Source of the DNA: Candidatus Parvarchaeota archaeon
Lineage (GTDB): Archaea; Nanobdellota; Nanobdellia; Parvarchaeales; Parvarchaeaceae
DNA length: 49,520 nucleotides
Reading direction: 5' to 3'
Assembly (NCBI GenBank): GCA_023378805.1
Contig: JAMCSQ010000044.1
Coordinates: 1-49,520, forward strand
Made by a program: the position numbers and the translations under genes. This document shows, in pieces, positions 9,981 to 20,293 of the stretch. Below the pieces are notes generated by a model, which was not told the DNA's origin, did not search any database, and saw only the letters and a list, made by a program, of their open reading frames with translations. Each line of letters starts with the position of its first letter. Within the stretch, counting starts at the first letter, position 1.

Positions 9981-10856
9981 CTATAGCTCAAACTCTAAAT
10001 TAAATAAGTACATATCCTCTGATTTTTCTATCGGCCTTTGCTTAAATAGGCCTTTACCTGAAACCCTTATGTTTACATCTCTAAAGCCATCTACAGCTAC
10101 TACATATCCTTTACGAGTTATAGCATTATCTGTAGAGGAATTTCCACATGAGGACAAAATCTGTAGATCCAAATTAGTTATACCATATCTCTTTAATATG
10201 CCTGCATCAGCACATATCTCAACTGAAGTTTTTATGCCGTTGAAGTTTATTATTGGATTCTTGCTGTAAGATAAAGAATATTCTTCTTTTTTATATTCTT
10301 CATAATTTGTTTCAGAAGGATATAAGCGCAATGCTCCTCGTAAATTAAATCTTGAACTAAGTCCATCATTGAACTTGTAAATACTTTTAATTACCTTTCC
10401 GTTTCTTAATATAGGCATTACGTTGTAAAGTGTCATATTCTTATCATAAAACATTGCGGTTCCAGGAAAAATGAGCATATCCGAGCCTTTGCTTGCAATT
10501 TTAAGATCTTTTAACACTCTTTCATACTCTCTTTTTGAGTAGGGTATATCCGGAACTTCTTCAAATACTGATTCATCATCAATTTTTTCTTCAAGTATTT
10601 TTCTGGCATCTCTTGGAGCATATTCATTGTAATCCGAAACGTTAAACAGGAGTTTAATTGCATCCTTTGCCTTATTTTTTGTAATAAGTTTTCTAGAGTA
10701 TATGCCGGATTTAGAAGTAAGGCTCCATTCCGGCCCCACCAATATATCTATTCCGTTGTCCTTAGCATTGTAAATATTCGTTATTACCCCATAGGGGTTT
10801 CCGTTATTAGCCGTTTCAATGTTTTTCATTGCTCCAAGAAGCATCTCTATTTTCAT
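9981..10856 (-). CDS. Divergent carbon-nitrogen hydrolase (nitrilase fold), paralogue 1
   Basis: DILVGPEWSL (Glu), IYKFNDG (Lys), EICAD (Cys). Confidence 0.65.
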   Translation of the reverse strand: MKIEMLLGAMKNIETANNGNPYGVITNIYNAKDNGIDILVGPEWSLTSKSGIYSRKLITKNKAKDAIKLLFNVSDYNEYAPRDARKILEEKIDDESVFEEVPDIPYSKREYERVLKDLKIASKGSDMLIFPGTAMFYDKNMTLYNVMPILRNGKVIKSIYKFNDGLSSRFNLRGALRLYPSETNYEEYKKEEYSLSYSKNPIINFNGIKTSVEICADAGILKRYGITNLDLQILSSCGNSSTDNAITRKGYVVAVDGFRDVNIRVSGKGLFKQRPIEKSEDMYLFNLEFEL

Positions 10857-10919
10857 TTTCTTTATTAGAAAATAAATATTATTAATAGTTTTGCTTCTCT
10901 ATAACCTAAAACTAATCAA

Positions 10920-11561
10920 TTAAGGAGGAGCTGCAAGGTGAGCAGGAATCGCTACAGCACCAATGTAAGCTGCAAGTATTGAGCCAAGGGTTAAGAAGAT
11001 TAAAAATAGTACTATATAAATTATCCAGCTTTTATTTAATGGTTTATTGCTACCATTCTCTCTATATTTATCCATTACTAATGTAGTAGGATAAGCAAAT
11101 ATTCCTGCGATGCCAAAAGCAGTGTAAAGCCCAAGAAGTGCTATTGGAGAGCTGGTATATCCAAGATTATAACCTGATATGCCGTATTCTATAATTACTA
11201 AACCCATAAATAGTGCAATAAGTCCTACATACTGCAGTTTCTGATTGTATTTGACCGTTAATACAAATCCAAGAGTAAGTATACCCATCATTATAAACGG
11301 ATCATAAAACAGTAAATCATATGCACCAGGTAAATTCCAGGTTACTTCTCCATAAAAGCCCATTACGAGAATGAATACTGCCAGTGCTGCAAACATGAAT
11401 ATTGAACCTTGCAAATGGGATTCTATACTTAATTTTGAGTTTGATTTATTGACGTATCTTGCTTTATAGTCCCTGTAAACAGCAATCACAGCATAATCTG
11501 TGAGAAATCCAATAAATGCAACAAAAAATAATTCTAGTGCCAATTCGTCTACGAATCCCAT
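10920..11561 (-). CDS. DUF981-like multi-pass membrane protein
   Basis: About 6 TM; TWNLPGAYDLLFYDP motif and C-terminal AHL. Confidence 0.7.
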   Translation of the reverse strand: MGFVDELALELFFVAFIGFLTDYAVIAVYRDYKARYVNKSNSKLSIESHLQGSIFMFAALAVFILVMGFYGEVTWNLPGAYDLLFYDPFIMMGILTLGFVLTVKYNQKLQYVGLIALFMGLVIIEYGISGYNLGYTSSPIALLGLYTAFGIAGIFAYPTTLVMDKYRENGSNKPLNKSWIIYIVLFLIFLTLGSILAAYIGAVAIPAHLAAPP

Positions 11562-11618
11562 GAATAATATAGTATTTCTTCATTTATAAATCCTTGCTAT
11601 ATATCTGGTTATAACTTC

Positions 11619-13052
11619 CTACTTTTTCTTCCGCATTTCCGGGTTTGTGTATTTATTCCAAAACAGTTTGTACATTTTTAACTTGTCAGGCAATTCATTC
11701 AGATATGGAATAAACGGAAACAGCATTAGTATAAAAAATATTATTATGGCTACTAAACCATTTTCAAGGTCATTCCACCAAGAGATATTAGAGGTTGCTA
11801 TTTCCAGAGCATCGTAAGGTATAAGCCAATACTCTATGGACCAAGGGGGCGCACCAACTTTCAACATGCCCCATTGTGCAGTCCTTAAGCCATAATGCGT
11901 TGCCGCAGTTGTCAATGCCCCGGTGTCATACAGAAATCTTAATACATACGTTTCATCCAGTCCACTAGAACTTTCATTTTGTACTACTAATTGATATTGC
12001 CCTAATTCTGCCATTTTAGTTAGGCTAGCAGTTGCAACTATTAGAGGATTTTGTGAAGTCATTGCATTTGAAATTGAGCCGTTATTACTGAAGTAATTAT
12101 AAGCCTGGATAAACTGTTGCTTTTGCTGCGAAGAACTTCCATTGAAAAACACGGAAAGTTCATTGCTCTTGTTTTCAAAGCTTACATAAGCAGAGTAAGG
12201 AACTGTAAAGTAAACCGCCCTAGTGCTGAATGTGTACGGATCTATAGTATCAAGGTAGGTAGCGGTCCCTGATGAAAAGTTGAATTCCTGCAATAGAGTA
12301 GTTGCAACGCCGGAAGGATTAGAGTTTGCTGCCTGACTAATTGTCAACGGCGCTATATACGGTGAACTGAATAAAAATGCAAATGCTAATATTATTATAA
12401 ATATATATATCATTCGTCTGTACATTTTTTTATGGTCTGCTTTTACCATTTTATATGGTATATCTTTTCTATAAGGTACACTTAATCCGTCTTTTTTCAC
12501 TAGAGAATAATGCATAAAGATAAGCAAGAGTAATAATATTGGAATTATAGCCACGTGCCAGCCTAAAACAGCTCCCTGATTTAAAGGATTTACCCAAAAC
12601 CCTAATCCAAAACCGTTCCATAGATCCGCACCTGCCTTGTCATTCCATTGTGAAAGCAGTCCTCCCTGGACCCCTATACCGAATGCAAATTCAAGTAGAA
12701 CTAAAAGAAGAAGCGCACTACCAATCATCCAAACAAGCTTTTTCTTTTTAAATGCGGAAGTTGAAAAATTAACAAAAATATGTATAAACATCAATGTTAC
12801 GAATGCTTCTGCTGCCCATAGATGCAAACTGCGGAAGAAAGTACCAATTGCAGTAGTATCCCACCAGTAAGGACCAAAAATCAGCATTATCATGCCGGTA
12901 ATTGCTAATATCACAAATAGCTCTAAAAGGTATATGCCTATCGTGAAAAAGAAACTATTGCCGTAAGAAGGTACATATTTTATGTATTGATCATGCATTA
13001 AATCGATTAAAGGACTAAAAAATGAGTCATTATGTTTTTTACCCTTATCCAT
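11619..13052 (-). CDS. Cytochrome b/b6 N-terminal domain fused to extracellular domain
   Basis: TGMIM, RSLHLW-x-IH, WMIG and GWHV-x-MH: four haem-ligand His. Confidence 0.85.
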   Translation of the reverse strand: MDKGKKHNDSFFSPLIDLMHDQYIKYVPSYGNSFFFTIGIYLLELFVILAITGMIMLIFGPYWWDTTAIGTFFRSLHLWAAEAFVTLMFIHIFVNFSTSAFKKKKLVWMIGSALLLLVLLEFAFGIGVQGGLLSQWNDKAGADLWNGFGLGFWVNPLNQGAVLGWHVAIIPILLLLLIFMHYSLVKKDGLSVPYRKDIPYKMVKADHKKMYRRMIYIFIIILAFAFLFSSPYIAPLTISQAANSNPSGVATTLLQEFNFSSGTATYLDTIDPYTFSTRAVYFTVPYSAYVSFENKSNELSVFFNGSSSQQKQQFIQAYNYFSNNGSISNAMTSQNPLIVATASLTKMAELGQYQLVVQNESSSGLDETYVLRFLYDTGALTTAATHYGLRTAQWGMLKVGAPPWSIEYWLIPYDALEIATSNISWWNDLENGLVAIIIFFILMLFPFIPYLNELPDKLKMYKLFWNKYTNPEMRKKK

Positions 13053-13133
13053 ACCTATTAAATAATCAATTATTCGCTATAAATAGTTTAGCAGTAAAAC
13101 AATAGCTTGGCTGCTTTATTCTAGAAAGGCGTT

Positions 13134-13511
13134 TTATATTTTTATATAATTACTAACTTCTTGGTTATTACCATTTGGCCCGTTCTCGCATTCTCTACAT
13201 TCCTTAATGTTTTCAGAGCTATTGCAGTTGACAGTTTTAAACGATTCAAATGCAGAAATAAGCGATTTGCCCGTTTCTGTCATGCGGTATTCACTTCTTT
13301 TCATGTTATTATTATAGGATATTATTTTTTTTATGATTCCTCTTTTTATTAGATCATTCAACGCTGTACTAAGTGTTTTTGGGTATATTTTTGGGTTTAA
13401 TGAAAGAAGTTTATCAAAGTTTACACCGTCATTTTTGTTTATTTCCTCTAATACTGTCGCATCCCACTTCTTTCCAAGCACATTTAAAAGATCCAAAGTA
13501 TTGCATGCCAT
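13134..13511 (-). CDS. HxlR-family winged-helix regulator
   Basis: C near N-terminus, LNVLGKKW, PKTLSTALNDL, SEYRMTETG. Confidence 0.85.
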   Translation of the reverse strand: MACNTLDLLNVLGKKWDATVLEEINKNDGVNFDKLLSLNPKIYPKTLSTALNDLIKRGIIKKIISYNNNMKRSEYRMTETGKSLISAFESFKTVNCNSSENIKECRECENGPNGNNQEVSNYIKI

Positions 13512-13542
13512 ATAAATTATTGATTTCCGTGTTTTAATGCAT

Positions 13543-14436
13543 TTAGTTTATCTTCTCTTCCTTGAAATTATAGTTGTTTACCTTATCCTCATTCTTTTTA
13601 TGCTGCTTTGCTATAGGTTCAGTATAGTACTTGCTTTCCAGACTTGAAAGAAAATCGATATCACCCTTATCAAGTTTTATTCCTACTGCTTCAATGTCCT
13701 CCTTCATGTGCGCTGGATTGCTGGCTTTTGGTATCGGAAACGTGTTATCTCTATGCACAAGCCAGCTTAAAGCAACCTGTGCAGGCGTTTTACCATATTT
13801 ATCTGATATTTTACTAATATCAGCAAGTAATTCATTGTTATTGAATATCTTCCCATGAGAAAGAGGGCTGTACGCTATCACTGCAATGCCATTTTCTTTA
13901 CAGTAATCGAATACTCCAGTATTTTCTATGTCTCTTGTTACTATGCTGTACTCTACTTGATTGGATGCCATTTCATATTTTGACATAACTGACTGAGCTT
14001 CTTTCATTTCATCAAGCGAAAAATTGCTTATTCCTATATTCTTTATCTTTCCATCCTCTATCAGTTTTTCCATAGCCTGCATCGTTTCTTTTATTGGAAC
14101 TGATTTATTAGGCCAGTGTAACTGATATAGATCCAGATAGTCTGTTCCTATTTTCTTTAAGCTCGCTTCGCATGCCTTTATTACAGCTTCGTATTTGAAA
14201 TGTGTTGGCCATACCTTGCTTGCAATAAAAAGTTTTTCTCTTTCGTAGCCTTCTATTGCCTCTCCGACGATATCCTCAGTATTGTACATTTCTGCGGTAT
14301 CTATGAAATTTACTCCATTGTCTATTGCATATTTTATTGCCGTTATATTGTCTTCCCTGTTACTGCTAAGCTGCCAAGTACCAACTCCTATAATAGAAAG
14401 CTTTTTGTTTGTTTTGTTAAATTCTTTAGCTTCCAT
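13543..14436 (-). CDS. Aldo/keto reductase
   Basis: IDTAEMY, SKVWP, DLYQLHWP, IGISNF, PIPKAS. Confidence 0.95.
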   Translation of the reverse strand: MEAKEFNKTNKKLSIIGVGTWQLSSNREDNITAIKYAIDNGVNFIDTAEMYNTEDIVGEAIEGYEREKLFIASKVWPTHFKYEAVIKACEASLKKIGTDYLDLYQLHWPNKSVPIKETMQAMEKLIEDGKIKNIGISNFSLDEMKEAQSVMSKYEMASNQVEYSIVTRDIENTGVFDYCKENGIAVIAYSPLSHGKIFNNNELLADISKISDKYGKTPAQVALSWLVHRDNTFPIPKASNPAHMKEDIEAVGIKLDKGDIDFLSSLESKYYTEPIAKQHKKNEDKVNNYNFKEEKIN

Positions 14437-14456
14437 GTCAATTTAAATTGTTTATT

Positions 14457-14708
14457 CTATTTATGGTTTTTCGGTTTAAGCTTTAAGTGCATATCCTTTG
14501 AGATCCTTATTGTAGGAACTAAAAGTATCTGAAAACTACCTAAAATAAAAAGGTAAACCCCTATTGTGGTCAAGTGACCTGGCAGGAATTCTATGCTGCC
14601 CATTAGAAATTCAATACCTATCATAAAATCGTTTATTAAGCCTAGAACTTTGTAATTTCTCTCTATATCCCTTGTTATTCTGTCTTTATCTTTCTTTAAA
14701 GCCATCAA
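14457..14708 (-). CDS. YrhK-like small membrane protein
   Basis: NDF...FLMGSIEFL...GVYLFILGSFQ; ATGA overlap with upstream gene. Confidence 0.7.
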   Translation of the reverse strand: MMALKKDKDRITRDIERNYKVLGLINDFMIGIEFLMGSIEFLPGHLTTIGVYLFILGSFQILLVPTIRISKDMHLKLKPKNHK

Positions 14709-15289
14709 AGTGCCTTTACTATATCATCAGTTGGTAAAACATCAAAAAGCTTTTTCATGTTTTGTATGGATCTTTCATTAGCTTCTTTGTCACTGGAAGA
14801 AGAGGCATCAGAATCTACAACTACATAAAATCCCCGATTTACTGCATCTCTAGCAGTAGATTCCACACCTATTTCAGTGGCTATACCTCCTATTACTAAA
14901 CTTTCAATCCCTGCATTTCTGCACATCAGCTCAAAATTTGTGCCTATAAATATGCTTGCAGTGTTTTTGTTTATTACTGTGTCATTGTCTTTAGGTTCAA
15001 TTGCTAGATCAAACATTTCTTTAGGTAATTGCGACATGTTAAACTTTATCTTACTTGAAGAATATTTTCTAACAGGAGATTCAAATTCCTTTGGCAATGG
15101 GGTAATCCTTGTAAAGAATATTGGAATTCCTTTGATTCTCGCCGCATCTATCAGCTTACCCATATTCTTAAGAAATTCTTCCTTATTGTATATATTATTT
15201 ACTAACATTTTCTGTACATCCCACACTATTAATGCGGTATGCTCCGGATTTAGTATTTCCTTAATTTCAGTATAAACTTTTCTTTCCAT
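14705..15289 (-). CDS. Isochorismatase-family hydrolase (YecD-like)
   Basis: TALIVWDVQ, KNTASIF, GIATEIGVESTARDA. Confidence 0.9.
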   Translation of the reverse strand: MERKVYTEIKEILNPEHTALIVWDVQKMLVNNIYNKEEFLKNMGKLIDAARIKGIPIFFTRITPLPKEFESPVRKYSSSKIKFNMSQLPKEMFDLAIEPKDNDTVINKNTASIFIGTNFELMCRNAGIESLVIGGIATEIGVESTARDAVNRGFYVVVDSDASSSSDKEANERSIQNMKKLFDVLPTDDIVKAL

Positions 15290-15400
15290 TTTTTAAAATG
15301 GCAGTTTATTTATATAAACTTTTCCACAAAAAAAGAATATAAATCCACTATTCAAACCCCCGCAATTAATATTTTTATAATAAGATTTACAATTATTAGA

Positions 15401-18121
15401 ATGGACCTAACTAAAAACATACTCATAAAAGCAAATCCTGGCACAGGAAAGACAACTTCATTAGCTGATAGAGTAATAGAACTTATAAAAGACGGTGTTA
15501 GTGAAAATGAAATATTATGTCTAACTTTTACAAATAAGGCAGTTGATGAAATGTTTGAAAAAATAAGTCAAAAACTAAAGGAAAGCAATCTAGAGATTTC
15601 AAGGATAAATGGCATTACAATATCTACATTTCACAGCTTCTGCAATTCATACTTTTCAGAGCAGGAAAAAGAGTACGAACTTGTTAGCAACAACTTCATA
15701 AGATTTTCAATATTTAAGAGCTTTGAAAACAACAATGCATTCAATTATGACAGAGATTATGTTATACAGGAATTAGTTCCAAAAGTAGAGAATGCGATAA
15801 GGTACATAAAAAGCTTTGGGATAACTCCTGATGAAATAAACATAAAAATGACCAAAGAAGAGCTCATAAACAAGTCTTTTTTAGAAAACATGAACAGTGT
15901 AACAGTAGAAGAAATTCTGGCTTTTCTTGATTATTTCATAACGGCTTTCAAGGACTATGAACGAGAAAAAGGACCTACAAAAATCGATTACAATGATCTT
16001 TTGAAAAGGTTCTTGCAAGAATATGACCCTCTGAAAAAACATTACAAATATGTTTTGGTAGATGAATTACAGGATCTAAACGAGGTAGAAGCAGAAATAG
16101 CAAGGCTTTTAGGGGATTACTTATTTCTTGTAGGAGACAGAAAACAATCAATATTCGGTTTTCAGGGAGGTAGCTTAAAAAATTTCATTGAATTTCAAAA
16201 ACTAAGCAATTTAGAGCAATTAACAAAAGGACTTAATTATAGAAGTTACAGCGAAATCCTTGATTATTCAAAGCGGTATTTCCTCAATAAAACAAAGGAT
16301 AAAAGTTATGAGGAAGAATTAAGCAACTTTAAAAGCAATAAAGGTCCGGGCGGAAAAGTAAAACAGCTTATAGGAAACAACACAGATAATATAGCTGTAA
16401 AGCTTGCTATGGACCTTGTCTCGCAGGGAAAAAATACAGCGATAATAACCAGAACTAATGAACAGATAATAGGTATTTCTCGTATCTTGGACTCAAAGAA
16501 TATAAAATATGCGACAACTGCAAGCGCTTCTGTCTCAACAAGAGCAAAGAACTCCGTAATTAATTATTTAAAAGGGATATTCAATGCCGATGAAAAGGAC
16601 ATTTTAAAGGCGCTATTCACACCGTTTTCAGGCGTTTCACTTAAGAGAGCATTTGAAATTGAGGAGAAACGCAGGAAAAAAGAGATAAACATGAACGATA
16701 TAAAAGGACTTGCAAAGCCCTTTTTTGATAGAAAAGCCTCTGCAGAGCTTAATATATTTAATATAAACAAACTTTTCAATGAGACCATACTGCCGATATC
16801 AGTAGCCTTGGACAACGATTATTATATAAGTGCGGCAGCAATTCTTGAAAATATAAATCAGTACATAGACAGCACTGAGCTACCTAACTTTTTAGATATG
16901 CTTGTATATCTTTACACGGCAGAAGACAGTTATGAATCAAATGATAAACAGGAAAATCTTGTACTTACAACCGTCCATAAGGCAAAGGGATTAGAATTTG
17001 AGAATGTTATATATGTTCCAAAAAAACAAAGCAATAGAATGAGTTTCATTGATTTAGTAACTAACTCTATAATCAAACAGACAAAGGAAATAGATGTCAA
17101 AGAGGAATTGTCAGAGGAAAGCATAAGAGTAGATTTTGTCGCATTTACACGAGCAAAGGAAAACCTTTTTGTTGTTACTCCGGCCGCACTTACCGAAGAT
17201 TACTATATTGAAGGGTTAATTGAAAAAAACATCACAGAAATGGAAGACGAGCCCGCTCCTTTTAAGAAAAAATACTCTGAAGCATATTCTCTTTTTGTCA
17301 ATAAGGAATATAATGCGGCAAAGACATTACTTGAAGAGAATGATAAATGGATGGTAAAGCGGATAAACAACTATTTTAGCCAGCTTAAAAGCATCTCCTT
17401 TTCACTACTTGACGCAATATCGGATCCATTAAACTTTATAAAAACAAAAGTTTTGGGAGTAAGCGAAGTAACAGAAAGCACAAAATTTGGTTTAATGGCA
17501 CATAAGATGGCAGAGGACTACTTTAAACATACCTTAAAAGAAGAGGAATTAGACGAAACACAGAAAAAAATTCTCCGGAACATAATAAGTATTCTGGAAG
17601 AAATAAAAATAAAATACAATGCCGTGGAGATAAACGCTGAAAAAACGTTGGAAATTCCACTTCAAGCGGTATTTCCCGACATAAAAATTGATTTAAAGGT
17701 ATCTGCAAAGCTGGATGCAGTATTCTTTAACAAAGAAAAAGACAAATTTCTGATAATAGACTTCAAGACCGACAGGTCCGATGATAAGGGATCAAAACAC
17801 AGAAGACAGCTTGCCCTTTACCGTAGACTTTTCGCAATAGCAAAAAATATAGACGAAAAATATATAGACACGGCAATAGCATACATAAACTTAACGGGAA
17901 AGATAAACACCGGAAAGTTTGAATATAAATTAGATACGCAGAAAATAAAGGACATGCAAATAGAGACGGTCAAGAATCATATCCTACAGCTTTTGGTATA
18001 CAAAGAAAATCCGGAGAGGTTAATTGAAAAAGCAACTGAAAAGTACTATTATTCTGACAGCTTAAATGATGAAATATTTAAGAAATTAAGGGAAGAACAC
18101 GAACATTCTAAAGCAGTATGA
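15401..18121 (+). CDS. UvrD/REP (SF1A) helicase fused to RecB-like PD-(D/E)XK nuclease
   Basis: ANPGTGKT, TFHSF, VDELQD, VGDRKQSIF, NYRS, TVHKAKGLEF, VAFTRAK; C-terminal AKLDAV, IIDFKT, QLALY. Confidence 0.93.
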   Translation: MDLTKNILIKANPGTGKTTSLADRVIELIKDGVSENEILCLTFTNKAVDEMFEKISQKLKESNLEISRINGITISTFHSFCNSYFSEQEKEYELVSNNFIRFSIFKSFENNNAFNYDRDYVIQELVPKVENAIRYIKSFGITPDEINIKMTKEELINKSFLENMNSVTVEEILAFLDYFITAFKDYEREKGPTKIDYNDLLKRFLQEYDPLKKHYKYVLVDELQDLNEVEAEIARLLGDYLFLVGDRKQSIFGFQGGSLKNFIEFQKLSNLEQLTKGLNYRSYSEILDYSKRYFLNKTKDKSYEEELSNFKSNKGPGGKVKQLIGNNTDNIAVKLAMDLVSQGKNTAIITRTNEQIIGISRILDSKNIKYATTASASVSTRAKNSVINYLKGIFNADEKDILKALFTPFSGVSLKRAFEIEEKRRKKEINMNDIKGLAKPFFDRKASAELNIFNINKLFNETILPISVALDNDYYISAAAILENINQYIDSTELPNFLDMLVYLYTAEDSYESNDKQENLVLTTVHKAKGLEFENVIYVPKKQSNRMSFIDLVTNSIIKQTKEIDVKEELSEESIRVDFVAFTRAKENLFVVTPAALTEDYYIEGLIEKNITEMEDEPAPFKKKYSEAYSLFVNKEYNAAKTLLEENDKWMVKRINNYFSQLKSISFSLLDAISDPLNFIKTKVLGVSEVTESTKFGLMAHKMAEDYFKHTLKEEELDETQKKILRNIISILEEIKIKYNAVEINAEKTLEIPLQAVFPDIKIDLKVSAKLDAVFFNKEKDKFLIIDFKTDRSDDKGSKHRRQLALYRRLFAIAKNIDEKYIDTAIAYINLTGKINTGKFEYKLDTQKIKDMQIETVKNHILQLLVYKENPERLIEKATEKYYYSDSLNDEIFKKLREEHEHSKAV

Positions 18122-18312
18122 TAAGGAAGGAGGATACTTTTTATGCTTTTTTTGCTGGAATCGCTTCGTTTGTAACCGCATTTATAATAATTTTTCTTGC
18201 TTTTCCAAATAAGTTCCAAAACGACCCTTCATTGTTTTCTATATTTTTTGTAGTAGTGATAGAAGCGGTTGTTTTCTTTGCTCTCTTTTTTACTATGCGC
18301 AGATCTATTTAA
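18118..18312 (+). CDS. Small two-TM membrane protein
   Basis: Two hydrophobic segments; ATGA overlap with helicase stop. Confidence 0.55.
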   Translation: MIRKEDTFYAFFAGIASFVTAFIIIFLAFPNKFQNDPSLFSIFFVVVIEAVVFFALFFTMRRSI

Positions 18313-19772
18313 TCTTTCCTGATAGTCTTCATCATATTTTCATTTCCCCTTGTAAGAGAAAGGAGAGCTGCTATTACAAGCATTATTATAAGAAATACAA
18401 AAGAGAACTGCATTCCTGTTATGAAGCCCCGGGTTATACCTCCTATTAATCTAGAGGTTCCTACAAATATCTCGAATGCAAGGTATCTTGGAATAACTAA
18501 AGTTGCGGTAACTATCACTATTATAAAACTTCCCATTATACCCATACTACCAAATAACCTTAAAACACCGGAAGCTGTGCCAAATCTGCCAGCTTCGCTG
18601 CTTTTCATTACTGCACTGTTATTAGCAGGCCAGAACATTGATCCTCCAAAGCCTGTTATTGCAGAGCCTATAAGGACTATGTATACGCTTGAGGTTGCAG
18701 TCAATGCGAAATAGACAGTTATCCCCAATATCATTATTACAAGGCCAAGAGTTGCAAGAAGCCTTGCACCATATTTATCAGAGTACCTCCCCATAAAAGG
18801 AGAAAGCACACCACTTAATATGTAACCTGGTAAAAGAAGCAATGAAGCATAAAATGGAGTCAATCCTCTAACGCCCTGAAGATACATTATAAGCATAAAT
18901 GCTACACCCATAAATCCAAGGCCCTGAAACATTGAAGCTAAAACGGAATTCTTAAACACTTTGTTCTTGAACATTGATAACTTTACCACTGGATTTACAA
19001 AGATCTTTTCCCTGAAATAGAAAGGTATTATCAGTATGAAACCTGCTACAAGAATGGAAACATTTATGTAATTTAATCCAACGGAGGCTATTCTTACACC
19101 GGCATACAGTATCATTGAAAGAGATATGCCCAAAAAACTCATTCCGATTATATCAAGTTTTTCATTTTCTCTTTTATTGTCTTTTATGTATTTAATAGCG
19201 AAAGCTAAAAGAATTATTCCTATAGGAACGTTAATGAAAAAAATGTATCTATACCCTATAAAAGTAGTTATTATACCTCCAAGCACTATACCTAACATAG
19301 CGCCAACATTCCAGCCCATTCCTGTAAATCCGTACGCTTTTCCAAGTCTTTCCCTTCTAAATGTATCGGCTATTATTGCTCCGCTGTTGGCAGTCATCAT
19401 CGCACCGCCGACAGCCTGAAAACCTCTGAATATTATTAAGGTGATATCTGTTGGAGCGATACCGCACATAAATGAGAAGATTGTAAATATTGCTATGCCT
19501 GAATTAAAAATTCTTGATCTTCCAAAGATATCTCCTATCCTGCCAAGCTGGGTAGCAGCAACTGCTGTAACAAGAAGATATATCAGAATAACCCAGATTA
19601 TTGTTGAAAGGTTTGAATGAAGAGCCTGGGTTATTGCCGGAAAAGCAAGCAGAACTATTGTCGAGTCTATTGAGGCCATCAATACGCTTATTACCAAAAC
19701 TGAAAGTATTAAATTTTCGTTTTTAACATTGATATTTATGTCTAAATCTTTTACATTTACTGGGGATTTCAT
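18309..19772 (-). CDS. MFS DHA2 (EmrB/QacA-type) efflux transporter
   Basis: IDSTIVLLAFP, GRIGDIFGR, FRGFQAVGGA, FFINVPIG; about 14 TM. Confidence 0.93.
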   Translation of the reverse strand: MKSPVNVKDLDININVKNENLILSVLVISVLMASIDSTIVLLAFPAITQALHSNLSTIIWVILIYLLVTAVAATQLGRIGDIFGRSRIFNSGIAIFTIFSFMCGIAPTDITLIIFRGFQAVGGAMMTANSGAIIADTFRRERLGKAYGFTGMGWNVGAMLGIVLGGIITTFIGYRYIFFINVPIGIILLAFAIKYIKDNKRENEKLDIIGMSFLGISLSMILYAGVRIASVGLNYINVSILVAGFILIIPFYFREKIFVNPVVKLSMFKNKVFKNSVLASMFQGLGFMGVAFMLIMYLQGVRGLTPFYASLLLLPGYILSGVLSPFMGRYSDKYGARLLATLGLVIMILGITVYFALTATSSVYIVLIGSAITGFGGSMFWPANNSAVMKSSEAGRFGTASGVLRLFGSMGIMGSFIIVIVTATLVIPRYLAFEIFVGTSRLIGGITRGFITGMQFSFVFLIIMLVIAALLSLTRGNENMMKTIRKD

Positions 19773-19827
19773 AAGGTATATTGATATTCAAAGGTCCTAA
19801 ATATATAAATGATACTACTAATTAAAA

Positions 19828-20292
19828 TTATTTAAGAATATTCTTTAGGTTATCTATTGTCTGATTTACTATATCTGTTACCGCCTGATTTATAACATCC
19901 TCTCCAAAAAGTTTTGCCATCCTGCCAAGCTCTATTTCAGCCTTCCAGTCTATTTTAGTAGAAGAGTCCTGTGCAATTGTATCGATGTAGATAGCAAGAG
20001 AAAACCTCAAACCTATAGTAGAGCCTTCTCCTTGTATTAGTATATGCTTGTTTTCCTGTTTTTCTTTTAATTGCGCAGAAAACTTAATGTTAAGATTCGA
20101 AAGATAACTGGCACCAAGGAACCTTGAGGTATATTTTTTTGCATCTGCCTTGAACTGCAGTTGAAAATTATCTCCATTCACTTCTGTAGAAACGATATTA
20201 GGCAGACATTTCGAAAATTTATTTGCATCTGCGATTATATCCCAAACCTTTTCAATGTTATAATTTACTGTAAAATTCCCTTTAATTTCCAT
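19828..20292 (-). CDS. CoxG/SRPBCC-family protein
   Basis: MEIKGNFTV...VWD...CLP; ATG at 20292 directly follows the glpA stop. Confidence 0.8.
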   Translation of the reverse strand: MEIKGNFTVNYNIEKVWDIIADANKFSKCLPNIVSTEVNGDNFQLQFKADAKKYTSRFLGASYLSNLNIKFSAQLKEKQENKHILIQGEGSTIGLRFSLAIYIDTIAQDSSTKIDWKAEIELGRMAKLFGEDVINQAVTDIVNQTIDNLKNILK

Positions 20293-20293
20293 A

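Noticed and set aside
14705..15289. Catalytic Cys replaced by Gly in the isochorismatase-like protein
   Set aside because: IGVEST is normal for the YecD-like subfamily, so it is not evidence of inactivation.
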